Assembly (NCBI GenBank): GCA_023398955.1
Contig: JAEWRL010000172.1
Coordinates: 1-25,989 of the forward strand
DNA: 25,989 bases
Source of the DNA: Pseudomonadota bacterium
GTDB lineage: Bacteria > Myxococcota_A > Polyangia > Polyangiales > Polyangiaceae
Direction: 5' to 3'
The notes under the pieces were generated by a model. That model was not told where the DNA came from. It worked only from the letters and a program-made list of their open reading frames with translations, and made no database searches. The position numbers and the translations under genes were made by a program. Shown piece by piece: positions 1 through 7,957 of the stretch (position 1 is the first letter of the stretch; each line of letters begins with the position of its first letter).

Positions 1-275
1 GCGCAGGCGCAGGCGCGGTGCCGCGACGGCTCTGTCCGCCGAGCGTCTGCGCCAGGGCCGCGCTTTGACTCTCGAGCGTGCCCGTTCCTCTGGGGCGCCC
101 GAACTCGGTCCCAGGTTGTGCGCTATCCACAGCCACCTCACCGGATAGCCGGCTGTTGGCGCGCGCCAAGCCTGGGTCATTTTTCGCGAGCATACCCGGG
201 TCATTTCTCCCGAGCGCCGAAGATCCTAGATCGGACGATCGATCGACAGCTCCGGCGGGTAGCCGCTATTTCACC

Positions 276-662
276 TCATGGATGAAGCCACGCGCGCCAG
301 ACCGCGGGATGAACAGCCGAGAATTCCAAAGGATTCAGCGTCCATGTGCCGGGGGGCGCGCGAAATCTAGGTTCAAAGACGCGTTGCACGTAACCCTGCA
401 GTTGGAGAATGTCGGCGTCGTTCTCGTCGCACTCGTGTTCGAGAACCAAGTAGAGCAGCGCCTCCTCATCTCCCACCGTCATCCGGAAGAGAAGGTCCGA
501 GTGCGTTGCTTTGAGGCTAGGGTCCGTGAGGCTGCCGTCTTCTAGCCTGAGGGAGTCCCAGTTGCACCGCCCGGCGATCGCTGGCGGCAAACACGCTCGT
601 AGCATTGCCTTCGCTCGCGTCACGTTTGCCCACATGAACTTCACCAGGGCGTCGTGAGCCAT
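276..662 (-). pseudogene. Rpn/YhgA-like (PDDEXK_7 / 'transposase_31') recombination-promoting nuclease, N-terminal portion only; probably a truncated or frameshifted remnant
   Basis: The translation MAHDALVKFMW...LRACLPPAIAG...LRLEDGSL...SLKATHSDLLFRMTVGDEEALLYLVLEHECDE matches, block by block, the conserved N-terminus of E. coli RpnA-E/YhgA-type proteins (HDxxFK...LP...L.LE.GSF...SLKxHSDxL...G....L.VxIEHQS). The ORF stops after 128 aa, whereas family members are about 300 aa. No in-frame continuation is visible. Confidence 0.45.
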
Positions 663-828
663 GTGCGTCTCCCGTTCGCGTCGTCCGCCGCTGCCAATCC
701 CGTTGGCGCCCTCCGGGGCTGGGCGCTGAGGTACCGTGAACTTAGTGCTGCGTGTGAGCCATTCGCCGCACCGTTCGCCACCTAGGGCTTGCTACGGCGG
801 TGTTGTGACCGCGCTCAACGGTTCAGCC

Positions 829-1398
829 ATGCGCCGTAGTTCTGGCCGACCCCCAGTAGTGCCGAGGAGTGATACAGTGCGAAACTCGAGAGTCACGTCC
901 GTCCGTCTGCTTGTCGTTATCTGCCTAGCGCCAGCGATGCTCGCCTCGAAGTGCGACAGCGCCGTCGGTGACCCGTGCATCCCTGAAGAGGAGTACGACG
1001 CGGATTTTGCCGGATTCTCCGCGGGGGAAGTGGGCGTCGAGGCCAAGTCCCTTCAATGTGCGACACGCACCTGCCTCGCCAACCACTTCGAGGGGCGTGT
1101 GAGCTGCCCCGCTGGGCAGGACGAGCCTGGAGCTCCAGGCGCTGACGATCGGGCGTGCTGGCTTCCTGGTTCCAACGAGAGGGTCGCCGTGGCGGTCCCT
1201 GCTCAGCTGCCGTCACGACCGGCGGAGAGTACCGTGTACTGTTCGTGCCGCTGTGACGGACCTGACTCGAGTGCGCGCTACTGCGAATGTCCGGACGGCT
1301 ACGAGTGCACACAGTTGGTTCCGAATGTGGGTGTGGGCGGTGAGCAGCTACGGGGATCATCGTATTGCATCAAGAAAGGCACCGAGTTCGTTCGGTAG
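829..1398 (+). CDS. Secreted cysteine-rich protein of unknown function (about 14 Cys in the mature part; EGF-like C-x-C-x2-G-Y-x-C motif near the C-terminus)
   Basis: The in-frame ATG at 829 gives MRRSSGRPP...VRLLVVICLAPAMLASKC, a positively charged n-region followed by a hydrophobic core, consistent with a signal peptide. The mature region is rich in Cys, Gly, Asp and Pro (CSCRCDGPDSSARYCECPDGYEC). No homology is recognised. The start is uncertain; GTG 877 is also possible. Confidence 0.4.
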   Translation: MRRSSGRPPVVPRSDTVRNSRVTSVRLLVVICLAPAMLASKCDSAVGDPCIPEEEYDADFAGFSAGEVGVEAKSLQCATRTCLANHFEGRVSCPAGQDEPGAPGADDRACWLPGSNERVAVAVPAQLPSRPAESTVYCSCRCDGPDSSARYCECPDGYECTQLVPNVGVGGEQLRGSSYCIKKGTEFVR

Positions 1399-1545
1399 TG
1401 CGGCGCCCTCCACCCGCGGCCGCGGGGCCGTTAGCCAAGATTCGCGCCGTCATCCAGGAATGTGCGTTTGTCACGTTCATTGTTCTGGAGGCTGCGACCT
1501 GCGTGTTCGCTTGGTGATGTGCGCAGTGGCCTCGGGTGCTCTATC

Positions 1546-2367
1546 ATGATGGCTACCATGTCGTTGCTGTGGCAGCCGTTCCCCATGCCCGCGCGCCGGC
1601 GAGCGCAGGCATGGCGCTACCATCCGGCGTTCCGCCGCCCGGCGCACTTCCACGACGAGCCAGAGATCAACATCGTGGTGCGGGGTACGGCCACCTTCGT
1701 CGTGGGGAACCGGCGCGTGCCACTGTCCGCTGGTGGGCTGGTTTGGTATCCGCCGGGCGTCGACCACTTCCTCGACGACGCCAGTGAAGACCTCGAGCTC
1801 TACGTCGTCGGTTTTCGACCGGAGCTCCTCGCCGCCTTCGCTCGTCAGCACGGGACGGTGCTCAGCTTCGCCCGACCACTCGCCTCCGTCGACGAGCAGA
1901 CCCTTCGTGCCTGCGTCGAAACCTTCGGGGGCGCGCCAGCGAGCAAGGACGATGGCGCCGTGGAGCAGCAGTTGCTCGCGTTGCTCGCCAGTCTGGGTGG
2001 GGTGCGCTCCGTATCGACCTTGGGTCATCGGGCGGTGGCGTTGTTGGTGGAAACGCCGACTCTCAGCCGTGACGATCTCGTGCGGCGCCTGGCCAGCAAT
2101 CGCGGTGACGTGAGTCGCCGGTTCCGGAGCGACCAGGGGATGTCGCTCACGGAGTACAAGAATCGCCTGCAGACGCTGCAGCTCCTGGCCCGGCTCACAG
2201 CGGGGCAGGGAAACCTGATGCGCGCTGCGCTGGAAGCTGGCTTCGGCAGTTACTCGCGCTGCCATCAGGTCATTCGGAGCCTCTTGGGTTGCGCTCCGAG
2301 CGCCTTGCTCGACCCGGAAGTGCGCCAGTTGCTCGCCGAGCGGCTCGAGCCCTTCGTGGGTTCGTAG
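1546..2367 (+). CDS. AraC/XylS-family transcriptional regulator (N-terminal cupin-type effector domain plus C-terminal AraC HTH)
   Basis: The N-terminal part (WRYHPAFRRPAHFHDEPEINIVVRGTATFVVGNRRVPLSAGGLVWYPPGVDHF) has the cupin/AraC-binding signature. The C-terminal part (SRRFRSDQGMSLTEYKNRLQTLQLLARLTAGQGNLMRAALEAGFGSYSRCHQVIRSLLG) is a typical AraC-type double HTH. I trimmed the start to ATG ATG at 1546 because the upstream part of ORF 1462..2367 is Arg/Cys-rich and non-protein-like. Confidence 0.8.
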   Translation: MMATMSLLWQPFPMPARRRAQAWRYHPAFRRPAHFHDEPEINIVVRGTATFVVGNRRVPLSAGGLVWYPPGVDHFLDDASEDLELYVVGFRPELLAAFARQHGTVLSFARPLASVDEQTLRACVETFGGAPASKDDGAVEQQLLALLASLGGVRSVSTLGHRAVALLVETPTLSRDDLVRRLASNRGDVSRRFRSDQGMSLTEYKNRLQTLQLLARLTAGQGNLMRAALEAGFGSYSRCHQVIRSLLGCAPSALLDPEVRQLLAERLEPFVGS

Positions 2368-2497
2368 GCGCGGCGGTTTCCCGCCGAATCGCAGAGCTCC
2401 GCCGCGACCGAGTCGCCGCGGACGGTGTCGCGCCCTGGCCGCGTACAAACGCACGAGATTGGATGCAGCGTCTGCCCCCAGGGAGTACCAGCTATGC

Positions 2498-3367
2498 ATG
2501 GCATCGAGATCGGTTCTTCCTTTGGTCGCGCTCATAGGTCTATTCGGATGCGGCAATGGTTCGTCGGACTCCAGTCTCCTCGGCGGCTCTGGCGGCGCCG
2601 GTCCCGCGGAGGGGGGAGCCGGTGGAGCGAGCGGAGGCCAGGCGGACCAATCGGAGACGGGGGGAGCCGGGGAACCGGTTTCCGGCAGCTTCGAGCTCGC
2701 CTGGGAGGATCCATTCGATACTGTAGATCTCACGCGGTGGCAGCTCATGACCCACAGCTGGGACGGCAATCTGGCCGAGTTTACGGGTGACAACGCCGCG
2801 GTAAGCGAGGGGATCCTCAGTCTCTCGCTCACCGCAGCAGAGGATACCGAGAAGCCTTATCGGGGCGTCGAGATGCGCTCGCGGGACACGCTCGTCTACG
2901 GCAAGGTGGAAGCATCGATACGGTTCGCAGCAGGCTCCGCCGTCGTGTCCTCGCTGGTGCTGATCTACACGCCGTGGCCACCGGATGACTGGAACGAGCT
3001 CGATATCGAGTTCCTCGGTAAGAACACCGACAGGATCCAGTTCAACCATATGATCAACATCCCACCGGCGGATCCCGCATCGGGACATCTGCAGTTCCCC
3101 GAGCTCGTCACGCTCGACTTCAATCCCTCAGCGGACTTTCACACTTACGCCATCGAGTGGGTGCCCGGGCAGGCCCGCTTCTACGTCGATGGAGCGCTCT
3201 TGCACACCGCCACCGAAGAGATGGCACGGATGGTCCTCCCCCAGAACATCCTCCTGACGATCTGGGCCTCCAGCTCCCCCGGTTGGGCGGGGCCCGTCGA
3301 CGCTACCACGGCCCCTGCGACGGTAGACTATGACTGGATCCGCGTCTACCGGTTCGTGGAGGAGTAG
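2498..3367 (+). CDS. Glycoside hydrolase family 16 lipoprotein, licheninase/laminarinase-like beta-glucanase (copy 1)
   Basis: The catalytic motif WNELDIEFLGKNTD (ExDxE) and flanking blocks (YGKVEASIRF, FNHMINIPPA, FHTYAIEWVPGQARFYVDG, YDWIRVY) align with Bacillus-type GH16 1,3-1,4-beta-glucanases. The N-terminus MASRSVLPLVALIGLFGCGNGSS is a lipoprotein signal with a lipobox Cys. A Gly/Ala/Ser-rich linker follows. GGGAG lies about 12 nt upstream of ATG 2498. Confidence 0.85.
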   Translation: MASRSVLPLVALIGLFGCGNGSSDSSLLGGSGGAGPAEGGAGGASGGQADQSETGGAGEPVSGSFELAWEDPFDTVDLTRWQLMTHSWDGNLAEFTGDNAAVSEGILSLSLTAAEDTEKPYRGVEMRSRDTLVYGKVEASIRFAAGSAVVSSLVLIYTPWPPDDWNELDIEFLGKNTDRIQFNHMINIPPADPASGHLQFPELVTLDFNPSADFHTYAIEWVPGQARFYVDGALLHTATEEMARMVLPQNILLTIWASSSPGWAGPVDATTAPATVDYDWIRVYRFVEE

Positions 3368-3370
3368 CCG

Positions 3371-4684
3371 GTGAGCGCGATGGAGAATCCCACGTGGCGA
3401 TCGTTTCGTGTGAAGCCCTTGCTTCGTGCGGCACTTCTCGCAGGGGTGACCCATGGTCTGACGAACTGCACCTCGGCCGAGGATGCATCGCATGGGGTTG
3501 GTGGCCTGCCTGGCAGCGAGCGCGAGTCAGCGACTGGCGGGGGGGCCTTGGAGGGGTTCGGAGCCGGTGGAGCCCCCTCGGCGGGCGCTGCTTCTGGGGG
3601 CGCCGCGACGGGGGAGGTCGCAGCGGGTGGGAACGTGACAGGGGGAGGATCCGCCGAAGGCGCGCTGACCGGCGGCGCGCCCTTGGGCGAGGATTGGAGC
3701 GGAGGTGCGAACACTGCGGGAGCGCCCAGGGGCGGTGTCGAGACCGGTGGAGCTCCAGCCGGAGGGAGTAGCGACGGCGGTACTACTGGCGTGGGTACGG
3801 GCGGAGCATCCGTCGGTGGCAGCGGCGACGGTGGAACTGTAGGCGTCGAGACCGGTGGCGCATCCGTCGGTGGCAGTGGCGACGGTGGAACTGCAGGCGT
3901 CGAGACCGGTGGCGCATCCGTCGGCGGCAGTGGCGACGGCGGTACTACTGGCGTGGATACCGGAGGAGCGTCAGTTGGGGGGACGGGTGGCACTCTGGGA
4001 GGTGAATTCGAGCTCGTCTGGGAGGACCCCTGCGACACCGTGGACCTGTCCAGGTGGGAGCTCATGACCCACTCCTGGGATGGCAACCTCGCACAGTTCA
4101 GCGGAGAGAACGCGACGGCCAGCGGCGGGATCGTCAGCCTCTCTCTCACGTCGGCGAACGATCCGACGAAGCCATTCCGCGGCGTCGAGATGCGCTCGCG
4201 GGACACGCTCGTCTACGGTAAGGTAGAAGCGTCCATACGGTTTGCAGCAGGCTCCGCCGTCGTGTCCTCGCTGGTGCTGATCTATACGCCGTGGCCACCG
4301 GACGACTGGAATGAGCTCGATATCGAGTTCCTGGGCAAGAACACCGACAGTGTCCAGTTCAACCACATGATCAACATTCCACCGGCCGATCCCGCTTCGG
4401 GGCATCTGCAGTTCCCCCAGTCCGTCCCCCTGCCGTTCAATCCTGCCGCGGATTTCCACACCTTCGCGATTGAATGGGTCCCCGGCGAGGCGCGGTTCCT
4501 GGTGGATGGTACCCTGATGCACACAGCCACCGAGGAAATGGCGCGGATGGTCCTGCCGCAGAACATCCTCTTGACCATCTGGGCTTCAGACTCGGCGTCG
4601 TGGGCCGGCCCCGTCGACTCGACGACTGCTCCGACGAGCGCCGAGTACGACTGGATCCGCGTCTACCGATACGTCGGACCCTGA
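3371..4684 (+). CDS. Glycoside hydrolase family 16 lipoprotein, paralog (copy 2) with a long Gly-rich tandem-repeat linker
   Basis: The GTG start lies 3 nt after the stop of copy 1 and is preceded by GGAG. The signal peptide is KPLLRAALLAGVTHGLTNC. The C-terminal roughly 230 aa are highly similar to copy 1, with a 57-aa block RGVEMRSRDTLVYGKVEASIRFAAGSAVVSSLVLIYTPWPPDDWNELDIEFLGKNTD that is identical. The same ExDxE catalytic motif is present. Confidence 0.85.
   Translation: MSAMENPTWRSFRVKPLLRAALLAGVTHGLTNCTSAEDASHGVGGLPGSERESATGGGALEGFGAGGAPSAGAASGGAATGEVAAGGNVTGGGSAEGALTGGAPLGEDWSGGANTAGAPRGGVETGGAPAGGSSDGGTTGVGTGGASVGGSGDGGTVGVETGGASVGGSGDGGTAGVETGGASVGGSGDGGTTGVDTGGASVGGTGGTLGGEFELVWEDPCDTVDLSRWELMTHSWDGNLAQFSGENATASGGIVSLSLTSANDPTKPFRGVEMRSRDTLVYGKVEASIRFAAGSAVVSSLVLIYTPWPPDDWNELDIEFLGKNTDSVQFNHMINIPPADPASGHLQFPQSVPLPFNPAADFHTFAIEWVPGEARFLVDGTLMHTATEEMARMVLPQNILLTIWASDSASWAGPVDSTTAPTSAEYDWIRVYRYVGP
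3781..3990. repeat. Roughly 3.5 tandem copies of a 54-bp (18-aa) unit inside the GH16 copy-2 linker
   Basis: The unit cgtcgagaccggtggcgcatccgtcggtggcagtggcgacggtggaactgcagg recurs at about 3844 and 3898 with flanking degenerate copies. It encodes GVETGGASVGGSGDGGT(V/A/T). Confidence 0.8.
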
Positions 4685-4761
4685 GCCTCGGCGGCACTGG
4701 CCCGCCGCCGATTCGCGCGTACCCTCGACAGGGCACGGATTGTGGAGCAAACCATGGCGAC

Positions 4762-5637
4762 ATGGGAAACCCGATCTTCGACAGCCTGTTCCTCGTGGAC
4801 GCGAGCGGTCACGTCATCATCGCCAGCATCCTGCTTGCCTTGGTCGCGGGGGTCGTCACGAACCTCGGGCTTCATGCGCGCTACGCGCGGATCGACAGGG
4901 AGCTCGCGGCGAAACCGGCCATGAAGGATGGCTTCGCTCCTGGCGTGCTGGGGCGCATCATTCGGGAAGCGAAGGAGACCGCGACGAGAGCTCCAGGCTC
5001 GCTGAACACCCAGGCGCTCGTCGAAGAATCCTTCCAGGCCGAGCTCAAGGGGGCGCTCCTCGGCGAGCGCTACGTGCGGTCCTCCACGGGGCTGATGATC
5101 ATTCTGGGGCTTGTCGGTACGTTCTACGGTCTCACCGCGTCCATCGGCAGGTTGGTCCATCTCATCACGTCCGAGGCGCCAACGGACGCCGACGTGGGCC
5201 AGGTGCTCACCCAGGGGTTGAGCCAGGCCCTCTCGGGGATGTCGGTGGCATTCACCACGTCCCTCGTCGGCATCGTCGCTGCAATCGTCATGATGCTCTT
5301 CAGCATCTTCTCCAACGTGCGAGACCGCAGGACGGCGCTCATGGTCCGCATCGAGACCTACGTGGATCGCCTGTTCCCGGACGCTTCGGCGCGGGGCCCG
5401 AGCGAGCAGCGGATGGAGCAGGCGTTGGCGGAGTTCGGGCAGTCCGTGGCGCGGCTGGACGAGGCCGTGGTGCGCTTCGATGGCGCCTTGCAGACCTTCT
5501 CCACCACGACACGGGACTTCCATGAGTTCAACCTTCACCTCAAGGACAACGTCCAGCGGATGAGCCTCAGCTTCGCCGACCTGGCCGAAACGATACGGAC
5601 CGAGGCGCGGGCGACCCCGGGCCGGGACCGCGGTTGA
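4762..5637 (+). CDS. MotA/TolQ/ExbB-family proton-channel (stator A-subunit-like) membrane protein with a C-terminal cytoplasmic helical tail
   Basis: There are three predicted TM helices: VIIASILLALVAGVVTNLGL, then a roughly 80-aa cytoplasmic loop, then LMIILGLVGTFYGL (the conserved GLxGT motif of MotA/TolQ/ExbB), then MSVAFTTSLVGIVAAIVMMLF. I set the start at ATG 4762 because the upstream 96 codons of ORF 4474..5637 overlap the end of GH16 copy 2 and are not protein-like. Confidence 0.75.
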   Translation: MGNPIFDSLFLVDASGHVIIASILLALVAGVVTNLGLHARYARIDRELAAKPAMKDGFAPGVLGRIIREAKETATRAPGSLNTQALVEESFQAELKGALLGERYVRSSTGLMIILGLVGTFYGLTASIGRLVHLITSEAPTDADVGQVLTQGLSQALSGMSVAFTTSLVGIVAAIVMMLFSIFSNVRDRRTALMVRIETYVDRLFPDASARGPSEQRMEQALAEFGQSVARLDEAVVRFDGALQTFSTTTRDFHEFNLHLKDNVQRMSLSFADLAETIRTEARATPGRDRG

Positions 5638-5647
5638 AGGTACCACG

Positions 5648-6598
5648 ATGCGAAAGCGACGCTCCCTAGTCGAAGGTGAGGAGATCACGGGAGAACTGTG
5701 GCCCTCCTTCACCGATCTCATCTCGACGACGGCGCTGATCCTCTTCGTGCTGGTGCTGATGGCATACGTGCAGAACCTCGTCAGCAGCAAGCGGCTGAGC
5801 GCCTACGAGGCGCGGATCACGAAGACGGAAAGGAACCTCGAGCGGCTCCAAGCGCGCGTCCGCAGCACCAAGGCCGAGGTCGCGGCGAGCCGGCGACTGC
5901 TGCGGCGCTCCGAGCTTCAGCTGGCAGAGCAGCAAGACGTCATCGTCGCGAGCAAGGAGGAGCTCAGCGAGCTACGTGAGCGCCTCGAGGGGATCGCTGT
6001 GCTTCGCGTCGAGGTCCTGGAGCGGGTCAAGCGATCGATCGAGGCGGAGCTCGGCGCGACGGCCTCCTCGGATGGGCCCCTGGTGACGATCGGCGACAAC
6101 GGAAGCATCGTCATCAATGAGAGCCTGGTCTTCGAGTACAACTCCTTCGCGCTCAAGCCCGACGCCAAGCCACTCCTCGACAATCTGGCAAATGGCCTCG
6201 GGAGCCTCCTCGCCGATCCGGACGTCCGCAAGAACATCGATGCCATCTTGGTGCAGGGCCACACCGACGAGCGCGGCTCCGCCCCGTTCAACCGGAACCT
6301 CTCTGCACAACGCGCCAACGCGGTCCTCGACTACCTGTTCCAGGCCAATCCCGTCCTCGAACACTCCTATGGCAAGTACTTCGCGTCGGCGGCCTACTCT
6401 GAGTTTCGTCCAATCAGCAAAGACACGACGGAGGCCGCCTACCGCGAGAACCGGCGCATCGAGATCTCTGTCGTGCTGAGGGACGCCAGCATTCGGGATA
6501 TCATCGACGAGTACATGCGCGGCGCCTCGCCTCGGCTCGAGCCGGGGGACACGGCGCCAACCCTCACGCCAGAGGAGGCGGCAGCGCCGTCTCGGTAG
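5648..6598 (+). CDS. MotB/OmpA-family stator B-subunit-like protein (single TM with conserved Asp, long coiled coil, OmpA-type peptidoglycan-binding domain)
   Basis: It starts 10 nt after the stop of the A-subunit gene. ELWPSFTDLISTTALILFVLVLMAY is the canonical MotB N-terminal TM, with the conserved Asp in FTDL. An approximately 90-residue heptad-rich helix follows (RLSAYEARITKTERNLERLQARVRSTKAEVAASRRLLRRSELQLAEQQ...). The C-terminal OmpA domain contains ILVQGHTDERGSAPFNRNLSAQRANAVLDYL...NRRIEI. Confidence 0.8.
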   Translation: MRKRRSLVEGEEITGELWPSFTDLISTTALILFVLVLMAYVQNLVSSKRLSAYEARITKTERNLERLQARVRSTKAEVAASRRLLRRSELQLAEQQDVIVASKEELSELRERLEGIAVLRVEVLERVKRSIEAELGATASSDGPLVTIGDNGSIVINESLVFEYNSFALKPDAKPLLDNLANGLGSLLADPDVRKNIDAILVQGHTDERGSAPFNRNLSAQRANAVLDYLFQANPVLEHSYGKYFASAAYSEFRPISKDTTEAAYRENRRIEISVVLRDASIRDIIDEYMRGASPRLEPGDTAPTLTPEEAAAPSR

Positions 6599-6661
6599 GC
6601 CGCCTCGCGGGTCTCCGCGGTCCCCCTTCGCCAACCGAAGGAACCAGCCGCGGGTGCCGGT

Positions 6662-7957
6662 TCAGAACACGCGGAACGTCGTTTGGATCTGCGCTGCGCG
6701 ATCCTCAGGGACGCCGGCTTCGGCGGCAAAGTCGCGCCAACGCGCGAGAGCGGCGCTCACCCGAGCGAGGAGTGCGGTGGCGCGGGGCTGCTTGACGCCC
6801 GCCATGTGCGCCAGGGCTAGTAGGTCATCCGTCGTGAAGCCGTCGGCCTTGCCGTTCACGCGCATTTGATGCTGGTGCGTCCAGAAGCCACGGGGGTTAT
6901 AGGCGTAGGCGATGTCGTAGGCAGGGCTGAGGCGCCATTGGCCGCTCCGGTCCATGAGGAAGGCGATGTTCTTCACGTGGTCGTCGTGGTTGCGCGCGGC
7001 CACGTTGAAGTAGGCCCGAAGCACGAGCTGCTCGAGCTGATCGACCCCGAGGTGCAGACGCCGCATGACCTGCACGCCCTGCTCGTAGGAATGGGCCCCC
7101 GCGTCGTTGAAGTCGAAATGGGCCAGGCCAGCGAGGGTCGTCATGTGCAGCTTCTGTCCCGACTCGGTGCGATCGAAGCGTCGGGTCATGAAGTGACGCC
7201 GACTGCCCTCGATGTGCAGGCGGCAGCGCGCCATCTCGAGCCCTGCGGCCTGGGCCATGAGCGCATAGGCGTATTCAATGGCGCCGTACCCTTGGGACTC
7301 CGCGACGTCGCGATCGCCCTCGCCGCTGACGCCATCGAACTTGATGAGCCAGTAGGTGAAGCCTTCATCCGCCGAGACCTGCCCAGAGCGGAACTCGCCC
7401 GTCGCTTCGTTGTAGGCGAGCACGGCCTTGGCGCGAGCGCCCCCGGCAGAGGTGCCGACGCGGAGGATGTCCTCGATGGCGGCGCGATCGTCGCGGCCGT
7501 CGAGGGAGCCCGCGAGCGCCTGCCGCTCACCCAGCACGGCTCGGGCCAGCTCGACCAGCTCCGCCACCTCGAGCGTCCTCTCGGAGCTGGGCGCGCCAGC
7601 GATTGTCGGCTCGAACTCCAGCGCACCCATGCCACGGTTGGCGATGTAACAGAGGCGCTGCACGGGGTTGAACCGTTCCGGATCGCGGCCGGTGCGAGCG
7701 CACCACTCGTCGATGAGCCGGTTGCCGAAGCGGTCGGGAAGCGAGTCGGCAACGAGCCCCGGGAGCCCGTAGAACGACTCGCGGCGCAGCGCCGGAAACT
7801 CGTAAGGCGACTCGCGCAGAGGCATGGTCAGCGGAGCAATCTGGATGCCGCTCGGGACGAAAGCCGGTTCGAACTGGAAGACCCCGAGCGATCGCCGTTC
7901 GTCCCAGCTGACGGCGCCCACCCGCGTGCCCCAGAGCCATACGGCCGCGTCGGTCAC
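6662..7957 (-). CDS. hipA: HipA-family Ser/Thr kinase toxin (type II TA)
   Basis: The N-terminal HipA-coupling domain is MTDAAVWLWGTRVGAVSWDE...GVFQFEPAF. The catalytic-loop region NHDDHVKNIAFLM and SPAYDIA correspond to the conserved HipA HxDxHxKN and DFG-like Asp motifs. It overlaps the upstream HTH gene by 4 nt (ATGA). Confidence 0.85.
   Translation of the reverse strand: MTDAAVWLWGTRVGAVSWDERRSLGVFQFEPAFVPSGIQIAPLTMPLRESPYEFPALRRESFYGLPGLVADSLPDRFGNRLIDEWCARTGRDPERFNPVQRLCYIANRGMGALEFEPTIAGAPSSERTLEVAELVELARAVLGERQALAGSLDGRDDRAAIEDILRVGTSAGGARAKAVLAYNEATGEFRSGQVSADEGFTYWLIKFDGVSGEGDRDVAESQGYGAIEYAYALMAQAAGLEMARCRLHIEGSRRHFMTRRFDRTESGQKLHMTTLAGLAHFDFNDAGAHSYEQGVQVMRRLHLGVDQLEQLVLRAYFNVAARNHDDHVKNIAFLMDRSGQWRLSPAYDIAYAYNPRGFWTHQHQMRVNGKADGFTTDDLLALAHMAGVKQPRATALLARVSAALARWRDFAAEAGVPEDRAAQIQTTFRVF

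Noticed and set aside
78-545. 155-aa plus-strand ORF
   Set aside because: It is antisense to the Rpn-like remnant. It is Arg/Pro/Ser-rich with no recognisable motif, and is a typical GC-rich shadow ORF.
2372-2391. Short GC hairpins after the AraC gene (CGGCGG-TTTC-CCGCCG) and after GH16 copy 2 (4689..4710, CGGCGGC-N8-GCCGCCG)
   Set aside because: They are possible terminators but lack U-tracts. Such hairpins are frequent by chance in GC-rich DNA. I have not listed them as features.
1477-2832. 451-aa minus-strand ORF
   Set aside because: It is a shadow of the AraC gene and the GH16 copy-1 start, with low-complexity R/P/A composition.
3346-4206. 286-aa proline-rich repeat ORF (PPTDAPPVSTP...) on the minus strand; likewise 24326..24982 (+) PPELEPPMLA repeats and 24298..25332 (+)
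   Set aside because: These are antisense translations of the Gly-rich GGN-codon linkers of the GH16 and GH11 genes (GGN read in reverse gives NCC, i.e. Pro). They are not independent genes.
4474-4761. N-terminal extension of the MotA-like ORF
   Set aside because: It overlaps the 3' end of GH16 copy 2 in another frame and is Arg/Gly/Pro-rich. A proper ATG lies at 4762.
4740-5525. 261-aa alternative-frame ORF overlapping the MotA-like gene
   Set aside because: It is Arg/His/Gly-rich junk with no TM or motif. The MotA-like frame carries the family motifs.
4762-6598. Calling the MotA/MotB-like pair a Zorya system
   Set aside because: ZorA's long C-terminal tail and the ZorC/ZorD or ZorE partners are absent. 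Only a generic stator-like pair can be supported.
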